Positions 17,272 through 27,019 are shown, counted from the stretch's first letter. The stretch: DNA of 48,377 bases from Eubacteriales bacterium (GCA_045658205.1 JAZOUM010000004.1:1-48377), one strand, 5' to 3'. The notes: generated by a model not told the origin, from the letters alone. Translations and numbers: made by a program.

Positions 17272-19431
17272 ATGATAGATAGACAGTCCTTTTTACCGGT
17301 AAATGCCGCTGACGTAAAGGCGCGTAATTGGTCGGATGTTGATTTTGTATACGTAACGGGTGACGCTTATGTGGATCACCCCTCCTTTGGTGTGTCGATT
17401 ATCTCGCGCGTTCTTGAAGCAGAGGGGTTTAGAGTAGCTATACTCTCTCAGCCTGATTTTAAGTCTTGCGAGGATTTTAAGCGATTTGGCAGACCGAGAC
17501 TCGGATTCTTGGTAACGGGTGGCAATATTGACTCGATGGTTGCGCATTACACGGTATCGAAGAAGAGACGCTCGTATGACTATTATACCGCGGGCGGAAA
17601 AATGGGAAAAAGACCTGACAGAGCGGTCATTGTATATTGCAATAGAATAAGAGAAGCGTATGGCGACGTTCCGATCATCATAGGCGGACTTGAGGCGTCC
17701 TTGCGCCGTTTTGCTCATTACGACTATTGGGATGACCGTGTAAGACGCAGTGTGCTTGTTGACTCGCGCGCCGATATACTTACGTACGGTATGGGCGAGA
17801 ATATTCTCGTAAGACTTGCCAAGCTGCTTGACAAGGGCGTACCCGTGAAGAAAATACGAGACGTAAGAGGTACGGTGTATCTTGCCAAGAAGGGAGAGCC
17901 GGTTCATTTTGACAGCATAGAGGTCGGAGATTACGACGAGCTTAAGACTGACAAAAAGACATATGCAAGAGCTTTCTCCATACAGTATAAAAACACCGAT
18001 GCCGTACACGGTAAGGCTATAATTGAATATTACGGTGATAAGATGCTCGTGCAGAACCCGCCTATGCCGCCTCTTGAGAGAGAGGAGCTTGACCGTGTTT
18101 ACGCATTGCCGTATGCAAGAGATTTTCATCCCGATTATATTGCCGAGGGGGGTGTTCCCGCTATTACCGAGGTGAAGTTCTCTATTACTCACAACCGCGG
18201 TTGCTTTGGAGCTTGTAATTTTTGCGCTATAGCCTTCCACCAAGGCAGAGCTGTGCGCTCAAGAAGTGAGGAAAGCGTGATTAAGGAGGCCGAGATAATT
18301 GCCTCTATGCCGGACTTTAAGGGCTATATCAATGATGTCGGTGGACCTACCGCCAACTTCAGATATCCTTCCTGCGACAAGCAGGCGGAGTGTGGCGTGT
18401 GCCCCGGTAAAAAGTGTCTTGCGCCTACTCCGTGTAAAAATCTTAAGGTAGATCATACCGAATATGCGCATATGTTGCGCGAGATTGAAAAGGTTAAGGG
18501 TGTTAAAAAAGTATTCGTGCGTTCAGGCATAAGATTTGATTATCTCATACTTGACGAGGATGACACCTTCTTCAGACAGCTTGTTACACATCACACCTCC
18601 GGACAGCTTAAGGTTGCTCCCGAACATTGCGCGCTCAATGCGCTCACTATGATGGGCAAGCCGCCCGTAGAGGTATTCGAGAAGTTTAAGAAGAAGTTCT
18701 TTAAGCTTAGCGAAGAGGCGGGGCTTGAGCAGTACCTCGTTCCGTATCTTATGTCGAGTCATCCCGGCTCTACGATGAAGGATGCGGTAGATATGGCGCT
18801 GTGGCTTAAGCAGTGGGGCTATTCTCCGGAGCAGGTACAGGACTTCTATCCTACTCCCGGCACCATTTCAACTGTTATGTATTATACCGGCATACATCCT
18901 ATGACCGGTAAAAACGTGTACGTTACGACCGATTACAGAGAGAAGCAGCTGCAAAGAGCATTGCTTCAGTATTCGCGCCCCGAGAACGCAAATCTTGTCA
19001 GAGAGGCGCTAAAGCTTGCCGGGCGCGAGGATCTGATCGGCAACGGACCAGAATTCCTTGTTCGTCCCGCCTTCGGTCAGGACGGTCATACAAGATATAT
19101 TCCGCCTAAAAAAGGAAACAAGAGTAGTCATCCCGCCTCTAAAAACGGCAATAACGCGTCTAAAAACAAGGCGAAGAGCAAAGGCTCGTCGACTTATAAT
19201 GAAAAGTATTATCAGCCCATCATTGATGCTAAGAAGCCTAAAAAGAGTAAGCTTGAGCGCATTTTTGGTGAGGAGGCGTCGAGAATACGCATAGAAAGCG
19301 CTCGTATGTCAGATAAGGATAGAAAAAGCTATAGTTCTACAAGATCCACAGGACAGACACCGCCATCCAAAAAAGGCTCAAATGTAAGCAAGAGTGCGCC
19401 AAAGACGGCATATAAGTCAAAGAAACGCTGA
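17272..19431 (+). CDS. YgiQ family radical SAM protein
   Basis: GDAYVDHPSFG, RGCFGACNFC (CxxxCxxC), DVGGPTAN, QVQDFYPTP; Lys/Ser-rich tail. Confidence 0.93.
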   Translation: MIDRQSFLPVNAADVKARNWSDVDFVYVTGDAYVDHPSFGVSIISRVLEAEGFRVAILSQPDFKSCEDFKRFGRPRLGFLVTGGNIDSMVAHYTVSKKRRSYDYYTAGGKMGKRPDRAVIVYCNRIREAYGDVPIIIGGLEASLRRFAHYDYWDDRVRRSVLVDSRADILTYGMGENILVRLAKLLDKGVPVKKIRDVRGTVYLAKKGEPVHFDSIEVGDYDELKTDKKTYARAFSIQYKNTDAVHGKAIIEYYGDKMLVQNPPMPPLEREELDRVYALPYARDFHPDYIAEGGVPAITEVKFSITHNRGCFGACNFCAIAFHQGRAVRSRSEESVIKEAEIIASMPDFKGYINDVGGPTANFRYPSCDKQAECGVCPGKKCLAPTPCKNLKVDHTEYAHMLREIEKVKGVKKVFVRSGIRFDYLILDEDDTFFRQLVTHHTSGQLKVAPEHCALNALTMMGKPPVEVFEKFKKKFFKLSEEAGLEQYLVPYLMSSHPGSTMKDAVDMALWLKQWGYSPEQVQDFYPTPGTISTVMYYTGIHPMTGKNVYVTTDYREKQLQRALLQYSRPENANLVREALKLAGREDLIGNGPEFLVRPAFGQDGHTRYIPPKKGNKSSHPASKNGNNASKNKAKSKGSSTYNEKYYQPIIDAKKPKKSKLERIFGEEASRIRIESARMSDKDRKSYSSTRSTGQTPPSKKGSNVSKSAPKTAYKSKKR

Positions 19432-19641
19432 AATTTTCAGACGGTCTTGAGTAAAACGTACAAAGAAGCTTATTTATTGGTAAAAATGTGCATATTGGGA
19501 CAAGCATTCGTAAAAAACGCGAATGGAGAAAACCCGAAAAAACAAAGCAGAGCTAAAAGTTGTTAAAAACGCTTTTTTTACCACTATAAATTGATAACGT
19601 TATCGAAAACGGAAAAATGGAGTTTTTGTTTAAATACTCGG

Positions 19642-19854
19642 TTTTCAACATATTCAACACAAGGAATGTTGAAAACGTGTTGGATTTGCTGTTTGCAATT
19701 ATTAAAACCTTGGTAATTCGGGGCTTTTCGACAAAAACTTATTAACATTTTCCACACTTAAAAATGTTGAAAACTCTATAGTAACTTCAGCTTCTTTTAT
19801 GGCTAAAATAGGGAATATGGTAGTTTGAAGCCATATTTAACGAGCTGTTGAAAA
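19642..19854. promoter_or_regulatory. Cluster of DnaA-box-like 9-mers
   Basis: TTTTCAACA 19642, TATTCAACA 19651, TGTTGAAAA 19667, TTTTCGACA 19725, TTATTAACA 19739, TTTTCCACA 19748, TGTTGAAAA 19765 and 19846. Confidence 0.55.
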
Positions 19855-19959
19855 AAATAAAAACGAGTTTTGCGTAGCATTTTGGAAAAATAATTGCGTA
19901 TATTTTACGAAAACGCAAAAGCTTGTATAAATTTAAAGATGATTCATCGGGGAAAGTTA

Positions 19960-22380
19960 ATGGATAGAAGTGTATTAAAGGAAGAATTTTTAAAAGCAAA
20001 GAGGGCGCTTTTTGATAAAGTGTATTCGGAGTTTCTCAACCCGGAGCAATGCAGAGCCGTTTTTACAGTAAATGGTCCTGTACTCGTTCTCGCAGGTGCG
20101 GGATCGGGTAAGACTACGGTTCTTGTAAACAGAGTTGCTTATATAATTAAATACGGAAACGCCTACTTCTCGGATTATCTACCCGATGACGTGGATGAGG
20201 ATACTGTTGCGGCGCTTAAGCTTGCTGAGCAAATGCCTCCTCAGGACATCGCCGAGATACTCCCTCAGTTTATTACGTCCCCCTGTCCTCCCTGGTCCGT
20301 CCTCGCCATCACCTTTACTAATAAGGCGGCGGGTGAGATAAAAAACCGATTGGTGGATACCTTTGGGGATGAGGATATGGCAAAGAGTGTATGGGCGGGA
20401 ACGTTCCATTCCATATGCCTTCGTATGCTTCGTAAATGGGGTGATCGCGTCGGACTTCGCGAAGGATTTTCCATCTACGATACCGATGATAAAAAGCGAA
20501 TGATAGCCCTTTGTATGAAGGAGCTTGAGATTGATGAGAAGCGTCTTGCACCCAAGGCGATAGCTTCCGCTATAAGCATATCCAAGGACAAGCTTGAGTA
20601 TCCTCTTGATATGGAAATTACAAGAGATCCGAGAACTAAGGATATTAGGAACGTCTACGAGCTATATCAAAAGAAAATGATGGCTAACAACGCCGTTGAT
20701 TTTGATGATATAATAATGCTTACTGTTGAACTGTTGAAAAACAATCCGGATATTCTTGAGTATTATCAGAATAAATTCAGATATGTGCTTGTGGATGAGT
20801 ATCAGGATACTAACTACGCGCAGTTCGTCCTTACAAAGCTTCTTGCCGACGGCAGACGTAATATTATGGTCGTTGGCGATGATGATCAGAGTATCTATCG
20901 CTTCCGTGGCGCCACTATTGAAAATATATTGAATTTTGATACCACGTATCCCGATGCTACGGTTATCAAGCTTGAGCAGAATTATCGTTCCACTGCCACT
21001 ATTCTCGCGGCTGCCAACGCTATAATCGCAAACAACAAGGAAAGACATTCCAAGAGCCTTTGGTGCGCCAAGGGGGACGGAGAAAAGATCGGTGTAAAGG
21101 AAGCCTACGATCAAAATGACGAGGGCAGATTTATTGTCGATAAGGTTATACGAGGCGTAAGAACGGAAGGGCGCAAGTACTCGGACTTTGCTGTCCTTTA
21201 TAGAGTCAATGCGCTGGGCAGAGCCTTGCAGACCGCGTTTACCAAGAGCGGCGTTCCTTTCCGAGTCATAGGTGATATGGGATTCTATGATCGCAAGGAA
21301 GTCAAGGATATGATAGCTTATCTTTCTGTGGTTTCGTATTCCGGAGATAACCTTAGACTAAAGAGGATAATTAACGAGCCGAAGCGCAAGATAGGCGCGA
21401 CTACCGTTGAGGCAATAGAGTCGTTGGCAAATTCCACCGGCATCTCTATGTACAACGTAATTGAAAATATAGACGACTATCCCGTGCTTTCAAAAAGCAG
21501 GGAAAAGCTTACCTCCTTCGTATCACTTATCGAGGATGTAAAGAGATCATGTACGCTCCCCTCGGAGATGCTGACTGCCCTTTTTGAGAAATCGGGATAT
21601 CAGGCGATGCTTAAGGCGGAGGGCTTTGAGGGTGAAGGAAAGGTAGAGAACGTTAACGAGCTTATAACGGCAGCTCTTGAATATGAGAAGAGAGTATCGG
21701 AGAGTGGTGAGGAGCCGTCTCTTATGGGCTTTCTTGAAGAGGTGTTCTTGATAAGCGACGTGGATAAATATGACGAGAGCGCTGATGCTGTGGTGCTTAT
21801 GACCGTGCATGCCGCTAAGGGACTTGAATTCCCGGTTGTATTTCTTGCCGGTATGGAGGACGGAATATTCCCCTCTGAGCAGGATAGGGAGTCTGACAGT
21901 GAAATGAGCGAGGAACGCAGACTTGCTTACGTTGCGATAACGAGAGCTAAAGAGATGCTCTATATCAGCTATGCAAAGGAGCGTATGATGTATGGCAGAA
22001 CTCTTTACGGCAGGCTGTCGTGCTTTATTCGGGACGAGCTTCCTGTTGAGCTTACCGTGCGCGACGTACCGAAAAGAGAGCCTCCGAGACGTCCTAATTA
22101 TTATTCTCCCTACCGCGAGGGCGGCGCGCCGAGATCTGCGTTTGGCGGCGAGCTTTCTCGCAAACCGGAGATAAACAATACTCGAAGCGCGGGTAAGGGC
22201 GCGGAAAAATTCGGCGTTGAAAAGCTATCTGCCGGTGATCGCGTAGCTCATGCGATGTTTGGAGAGGGAAATGTGCTTTCCGCTCGCGACATGGGTGGCG
22301 ATGTTCTTTACGAGGTGGGCTTTGATAACGGTCAGGTGAAGAAGCTTATGGCTACATTTGCCAAGCTGAAGAAAATATAA
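19960..22380 (+). CDS. pcrA: ATP-dependent DNA helicase PcrA/UvrD
   Basis: LAGAGSGKT, ITFTNKAA, VDEYQDTN, VGDDDQSIYRFRGA, LEQNYRS, TVHAAKGLEF, EERRLAYVAITRA, C-terminal Tudor-like domain; start placed at ATG 19960. Confidence 0.95.
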   Translation: MDRSVLKEEFLKAKRALFDKVYSEFLNPEQCRAVFTVNGPVLVLAGAGSGKTTVLVNRVAYIIKYGNAYFSDYLPDDVDEDTVAALKLAEQMPPQDIAEILPQFITSPCPPWSVLAITFTNKAAGEIKNRLVDTFGDEDMAKSVWAGTFHSICLRMLRKWGDRVGLREGFSIYDTDDKKRMIALCMKELEIDEKRLAPKAIASAISISKDKLEYPLDMEITRDPRTKDIRNVYELYQKKMMANNAVDFDDIIMLTVELLKNNPDILEYYQNKFRYVLVDEYQDTNYAQFVLTKLLADGRRNIMVVGDDDQSIYRFRGATIENILNFDTTYPDATVIKLEQNYRSTATILAAANAIIANNKERHSKSLWCAKGDGEKIGVKEAYDQNDEGRFIVDKVIRGVRTEGRKYSDFAVLYRVNALGRALQTAFTKSGVPFRVIGDMGFYDRKEVKDMIAYLSVVSYSGDNLRLKRIINEPKRKIGATTVEAIESLANSTGISMYNVIENIDDYPVLSKSREKLTSFVSLIEDVKRSCTLPSEMLTALFEKSGYQAMLKAEGFEGEGKVENVNELITAALEYEKRVSESGEEPSLMGFLEEVFLISDVDKYDESADAVVLMTVHAAKGLEFPVVFLAGMEDGIFPSEQDRESDSEMSEERRLAYVAITRAKEMLYISYAKERMMYGRTLYGRLSCFIRDELPVELTVRDVPKREPPRRPNYYSPYREGGAPRSAFGGELSRKPEINNTRSAGKGAEKFGVEKLSAGDRVAHAMFGEGNVLSARDMGGDVLYEVGFDNGQVKKLMATFAKLKKI

Positions 22381-22497
22381 TTTTTACGCTAAAAAGCTTT
22401 CAAAAACGACTTTAAAATGGTAATATTCAAAGATTATCATTTGCAAGTATAAGGAGAAATATAACTTTTACCGTAAAAAAAGAAAGAGAAAATAAAA

Positions 22498-23160
22498 ATG
22501 ATAAGATACGTACTGTTCGATCTGGACGGCACACTACTATCCACGCTTGATACCATAAGATATCATCTTAACCGAGCTCTTGTGTCACGCAATCTCTCGG
22601 AGATAACTATAGATGAATGCTCTGAGTTTATCGGTAATGGAGCGAGAAAATTGGTTAAAAGAGCGGTGGGAAAAAGCGGATCTTGTGATGAGGAACTTAT
22701 ATCCGAGGTGTTGAGAAATTATAACCTTGCGTACGATAACGATCCTTTGCCGCACACCTATCCTTATGAGGGAATCAGAGAGCTTGTTGATGAGTTGTCA
22801 GCTCGCGGAGTGACGATTGGCGTCGTTACTAATAAGCCCGAGCCTACGGCAAAGAAGCTTATTGAGTATTTCTTCCCCGGCAAATTTTCCTTCGTTAGCG
22901 GTGGCAGAGAGGGGATAGCGTTAAAGCCTGATCCTAAAGAGACACTCCGTCTTATTGACTCCTTGGATGGCAAGTCTCAAGAGTGCGTCTTTATTGGTGA
23001 TACCGACGTTGATATTTTGACCGGAAAAAATATTGGAGCTGCGCTCTCGATCGGAGTCAGCTGGGGATTCAGAACAAGGGAGTCGCTGATACTTGCCGGG
23101 GCTGACGCTGTTGTGGATAAGCCTATGGATGCTATCGGCATTATATTTGGTGAAGTATGA
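22498..23160 (+). CDS. HAD family phosphatase (phosphoglycolate phosphatase-like)
   Basis: FDLDGTL, VTNK, KPDP, IGDTDVD, WGFR. Confidence 0.9.
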   Translation: MIRYVLFDLDGTLLSTLDTIRYHLNRALVSRNLSEITIDECSEFIGNGARKLVKRAVGKSGSCDEELISEVLRNYNLAYDNDPLPHTYPYEGIRELVDELSARGVTIGVVTNKPEPTAKKLIEYFFPGKFSFVSGGREGIALKPDPKETLRLIDSLDGKSQECVFIGDTDVDILTGKNIGAALSIGVSWGFRTRESLILAGADAVVDKPMDAIGIIFGEV

Positions 23161-23663
23161 AAATAAAGATTTTTGTATCGTTGCTTCTTGTTATATCGGT
23201 TATACTCCTTTCTACCTCATGTGTTCAATATAAGAAATTTGAGTATTGCGAGATGGGTATATATCTTACAAAGGAATTTAAGGAGTACGACTCTGAGGGG
23301 GCGTTTAACGTTGCCTACTCGGACGGAAACGTAATAGTTGGCATAACAAGAATATCATTCGTGGATTCGGAGCAGTTGGGCTTTCTTACGACGCACTCGC
23401 CCCGTGTATTTGCTGAGGTTTATCGGGATATGATGGAACGTGAGCTGAAGGGTGAGGTGGATATGCATAATGATGTGCCTTTCTTTACCTACACGGATGT
23501 TGACTCTGATGGGGCTATATACTTTTATATGCCTACGTTTTATAAGACTCCGTATGCTTATTTTGTAATAACGTTTATAACACCAAAGTTGCGTGAAGAT
23601 GTGGGGCGTGTTGAGTTTTTTGAATATATAGATACGGTATATATACTGGAAGAATATCTTTAA
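23157..23663 (+). CDS. Hypothetical lipoprotein
   Basis: Signal peptide ending STSC; ATGA overlap with upstream gene. Confidence 0.7.
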   Translation: MKIKIFVSLLLVISVILLSTSCVQYKKFEYCEMGIYLTKEFKEYDSEGAFNVAYSDGNVIVGITRISFVDSEQLGFLTTHSPRVFAEVYRDMMERELKGEVDMHNDVPFFTYTDVDSDGAIYFYMPTFYKTPYAYFVITFITPKLREDVGRVEFFEYIDTVYILEEYL

Positions 23664-23738
23664 TTTTATTTGAGATGATTCTTTTAATATCAAAATAATC
23701 GTGATAATGACAATAAAAGTTATCAAAATGAGGATAAA

Positions 23739-25091
23739 ATGAGAAAAATATTCACTTCAATTGTATTATTGATAACGATGATATTTAATGTTGTATTTTT
23801 TAGTGCTTGTGCTATTGTCGACTCGCTTTCGGATAAGAGAGACGAGATTTTAGCGGATGAAGGCGACGGTAAAAATGGTCAGAACACAGGAACTAACGTG
23901 CCGATACCAAACGACGTTAAAGTGATGCTCGAAGGAAAATATTCCGATTTTGAGTTATCGCGCGATAAGCTTGAGTCTGCGCTTACCGAGGCTATAAAAA
24001 AGATTGATTACGCTCTCCCGACCTTCACGGATATGTTCCCCTCGGAGAGTAGTAAAAACAACGTTTACACTCCTGTGGATAACACAAGAAGTAGTTGGAC
24101 AACGGGATTTTGGACGGGGATTCTTTGGCATGTCTATGAGCTTACGGGCGACGAAAAATACAAAACCGTAGCTACGAATCAGATCCCCTCGTTTTACTAC
24201 AGAATAGAAAATAAGCTTGGTGTCGACCATCATGATATGGGATTTCTCTACACGCCCTCCTGTGTTGCAGCGTATAAGCTGACGGGCAATGCGCAGGCTA
24301 AGCAGGCGGCAATAATGGCTGCCGATCATCTTATTTCAAGATATCACGAGCAAGGAGAGTTTATACAGGCTTGGGGAACTGTAGGCGCAGATGATAATTA
24401 TAGACTTATAGTTGATTGCCTACTTAATATTCCGCTTCTTTATTGGGCGACCGATGTAACGGGTGACGTAAAATATAGAGATATAGCGTACAACCACTTC
24501 AAGACTACCATCAGCGTTTGCTATCGAGAGGACGGAAGCACTTATCACACTTATTATTTTGACAAGGTTACCGGTCTTCCTCTTAAGGGCGTTACCGCTC
24601 AGGGCGCAAGCGATGATTCTACCTGGTCGCGCGGACAGTCATGGGGCATGTACGGACCTCTTCTTACCTACATTTATGAAAAGGATCAAGCGGCTCTTGA
24701 TACGTTTATCAAGGCGGCTAATTATTATCTCACTTATCTTCCGAGCGATTACGTTGCCTATTGGGATCTATCTTACGGTGACGGTGATTACGAGCCTAAG
24801 GATTCGTCGAGCGCCTCTATAGCGGTATGCGCAATGCTTGAGGCAATCAAGTATATGGACGAAGATGATCCGCAACGCCGTGTGTTTGTTAATGCGTGCA
24901 ACCGTATAATGAACTCGCTTATAGACAGCTATACTACCAAGGATGTTCCTGAGGCGAACGGACTTTTACTGCATGGCACGTACAGTAAGCCGGGCAACAA
25001 CGGCGTAGATGAGATGACAAACTGGGGTGACTATTTCTATATGGAAGCGTTGCATCGCATGCTCGATCCCGACTGGTCTCTTTATTGGTAA
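23739..25091 (+). CDS. GH88 unsaturated glucuronyl hydrolase-like protein with lipoprotein signal
   Basis: WTTGFWTG.LW, HHDMGF, IVDCLLN, WSRGQSW, DSSA, WGDYFYMEAL; N-terminal hydrophobic stretch ending FSAC. Confidence 0.88.
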   Translation: MRKIFTSIVLLITMIFNVVFFSACAIVDSLSDKRDEILADEGDGKNGQNTGTNVPIPNDVKVMLEGKYSDFELSRDKLESALTEAIKKIDYALPTFTDMFPSESSKNNVYTPVDNTRSSWTTGFWTGILWHVYELTGDEKYKTVATNQIPSFYYRIENKLGVDHHDMGFLYTPSCVAAYKLTGNAQAKQAAIMAADHLISRYHEQGEFIQAWGTVGADDNYRLIVDCLLNIPLLYWATDVTGDVKYRDIAYNHFKTTISVCYREDGSTYHTYYFDKVTGLPLKGVTAQGASDDSTWSRGQSWGMYGPLLTYIYEKDQAALDTFIKAANYYLTYLPSDYVAYWDLSYGDGDYEPKDSSSASIAVCAMLEAIKYMDEDDPQRRVFVNACNRIMNSLIDSYTTKDVPEANGLLLHGTYSKPGNNGVDEMTNWGDYFYMEALHRMLDPDWSLYW

Positions 25092-25098
25092 ATTTTGT

Positions 25099-25440
25099 GC
25101 CAAAGCTCGTTTTTCGACCAAGCTCGCCGTAGGTCACTACGGCGTCGGGTGCGAAGAAACAAGCTTATGCATCAAAATTACATTCGCGCCAAAGCTCGTT
25201 TTTCGACCAAGCTCACTGTAGGTCACTACGGCATCGGGTGCGAAGAAACAAGCTTATGCATCAAAATTACATTCGCGCCAAAGCTCGTTTTTCGACCAAG
25301 CTCGCCGTAGGTCACTACGGCATCGGGTGCGAAGAAACAAGCTTATGCATCAAAATTACATTCGCGCCAAAGCTCGTTTTTCGACCAAGCTCACTGTAGA
25401 TCACTACGGCATCGGGTGCGAAGAAACAAGCTTATGCATC
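25099..25440. repeat. Tandem array of 89-bp hairpin-forming units (about 3.85 copies)
   Basis: Units start at 25099, 25188, 25277, 25366 (GCCAAAGCTCGTTTTTCGACCAAGCTC...); differences confined to the central GCCGTAG-GTCA-CTACGGC hairpin region. Confidence 0.95.
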
Positions 25441-25535
25441 TAAATCGCACTTGCTCAAAACTATGCTTTATCCAAGAGCTCATGTGTGAAAATCAACGTA
25501 TTAATCAACGTATTATTCAAAAAAGGAGGATAAAG

Positions 25536-26078
25536 ATGTCGGAATTTTTGGGATCGATACATCCTGTTGCCGTATGCTTTATCGTATGCTTAGCAAAAAT
25601 AACCGAAATAACGATTCAGTCCTTAAAGACCTGTATGATGGTAAAGGGGCAACGTCTTAAGGCGGCGGGGCTTGGATTTGTTGAATGCACTATATGGGGC
25701 CTTGTTATATCCACTATAATTGGTACTCTCGGTGATAATCTGTTTCTCCTCGCGTTTTATTGCGTAGGATACGCCACGGGTCTTTTCTTGGGATCTACTC
25801 TCGAAGGAAAGATTGCTCTCGGCACGTCGAGTCTGCAGCTTATAGCGAATGATGCCAACACGGATATTATCGTTAAATTCCTTAGGGATAATTCGAGAGG
25901 ATATACGGTGTTCAACGGTAATGGCTCAACCGATAAAATGAACATGATATTTATCGTTTTGCCAAGGCGAGACGTTCAACCCGTTGTCAAGAAAATAAGA
26001 AAACTGTGCCAAAATAATGTATTTGTCGTCGTTGATGACGTGAACAAGTATGCGGGTGGTTATGGAATGATCAACTGA
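25536..26078 (+). CDS. UPF0316/DUF2179-type membrane protein
   Basis: AAGGAGG RBS before ATG 25536; TM helices with GFVE..IW and GYATG..LG..LE.KIALG, then a C-terminal RGYT-containing soluble domain. Confidence 0.8.
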   Translation: MSEFLGSIHPVAVCFIVCLAKITEITIQSLKTCMMVKGQRLKAAGLGFVECTIWGLVISTIIGTLGDNLFLLAFYCVGYATGLFLGSTLEGKIALGTSSLQLIANDANTDIIVKFLRDNSRGYTVFNGNGSTDKMNMIFIVLPRRDVQPVVKKIRKLCQNNVFVVVDDVNKYAGGYGMIN

Positions 26079-26184
26079 GGTTTAGAAACCGATCCGATAC
26101 TTCTAAGTCACTTTAACATATTTACGCTCACTTTTTATGTGAATAAAAGCCCAAACTAATATAGGATACATTTTATAAAAAACG

Positions 26185-26233
26185 AAAAAGCAGATAGAAT
26201 CAGACGGCTTTGGCCTTGATTTTATCTGCTTTT
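26185..26233. terminator. Bidirectional terminator
   Basis: AAAAAGCAGATAGAATCA...TGATTTTATCTGCTTTT between convergent genes. Confidence 0.75.
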
Positions 26234-26260
26234 CTTAATTTAATTTTACACGTATATGGG

Positions 26261-27019
26261 CTAAACGTATACGGATACTATTGCGTTAAGCTTTCCCTTC
26301 CTGCTTGTTGAGTCAAATCCAAGGTATACGAGTCTGCCGTGTCCTCGGACGCTGATCTTGTCACCTACCTTTGGAGTATAGGATGAGCTGGTTGTTTCCT
26401 TTCCGTTCACAAATACGAGACTGCGCTTAACGAGTGTCTGAGCGTCCTCACGCGAGAGGTTATAGCTCTTTGCGATTACTGCGTCGAGTCGTTCGCTTTG
26501 TATCTGTATGCGCTTTTGCTCGGTTTTGAATAGCTCTCCCTCGGGCAATTCCTGCGCGATCGTTGCTTTTATATCGGTTCTTTTTACCCTAGATAGCTCA
26601 CATATGATAAATTCTGCGATCTTTTCCTCAGCGAACACGTATCCTACGTTGTCACGTATAACGATATCTCCGAGAGTGCTTCTTTCAATACCGAGATTTA
26701 GCAAAGCTCCGAGAAAGTCACGGTGCGTCAGCTTGTCTGCAAACTTTTGCGATAAGGGCTCGACGGCTACGCACAGTATTGGGAAGGGGACGTCATATCC
26801 GATATCATCGGGATCTCCAAAACGAGCCATAACACGCTCTGCTCCGTCGGCGCCACCAAACAGCTTTATGAATCCCGTGTGGAACTTAGGTGTAAGCTCC
26901 GAGAGCGCCGATTGCTCGGCAAGACCGAGAAAGTCGGTGAACGTGAAGTATCCGCCGTCATACGCCTTACGGTACAGCTCGGAAAAGCGCTTCTTTAAAA
27001 GCTCAAGCCCGTGGCTCAT
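26261..27019 (-). CDS. ylmH: YlmH-family S4-domain RNA-binding protein
   Basis: FTDFL, FGG...AER, LTHRDFLGALLNLGIER..GDI, C-terminal S4 (RLDAVIA, GDKISVRGHGR). Confidence 0.88.
   Translation of the reverse strand: MSHGLELLKKRFSELYRKAYDGGYFTFTDFLGLAEQSALSELTPKFHTGFIKLFGGADGAERVMARFGDPDDIGYDVPFPILCVAVEPLSQKFADKLTHRDFLGALLNLGIERSTLGDIVIRDNVGYVFAEEKIAEFIICELSRVKRTDIKATIAQELPEGELFKTEQKRIQIQSERLDAVIAKSYNLSREDAQTLVKRSLVFVNGKETTSSSYTPKVGDKISVRGHGRLVYLGFDSTSRKGKLNAIVSVYV

Noticed and set aside
19787-19999. Short ORFs and the 19894 start of pcrA in the AT-rich intergenic region
   Set aside because: No convincing RBS or protein features; region is better explained as regulatory. The same holds for 7581-7769 and 7677-7970.
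25099-25440. CRISPR array
   Set aside because: Whole 89-bp units repeat with no unique spacers, and no cas genes are in the window.
25027-25535. ORFs 25027-25221, 25095-25310 and the N-terminal extension of 25416-26078
   Set aside because: They are translations of the tandem repeat; the strong RBS is at ATG 25536.
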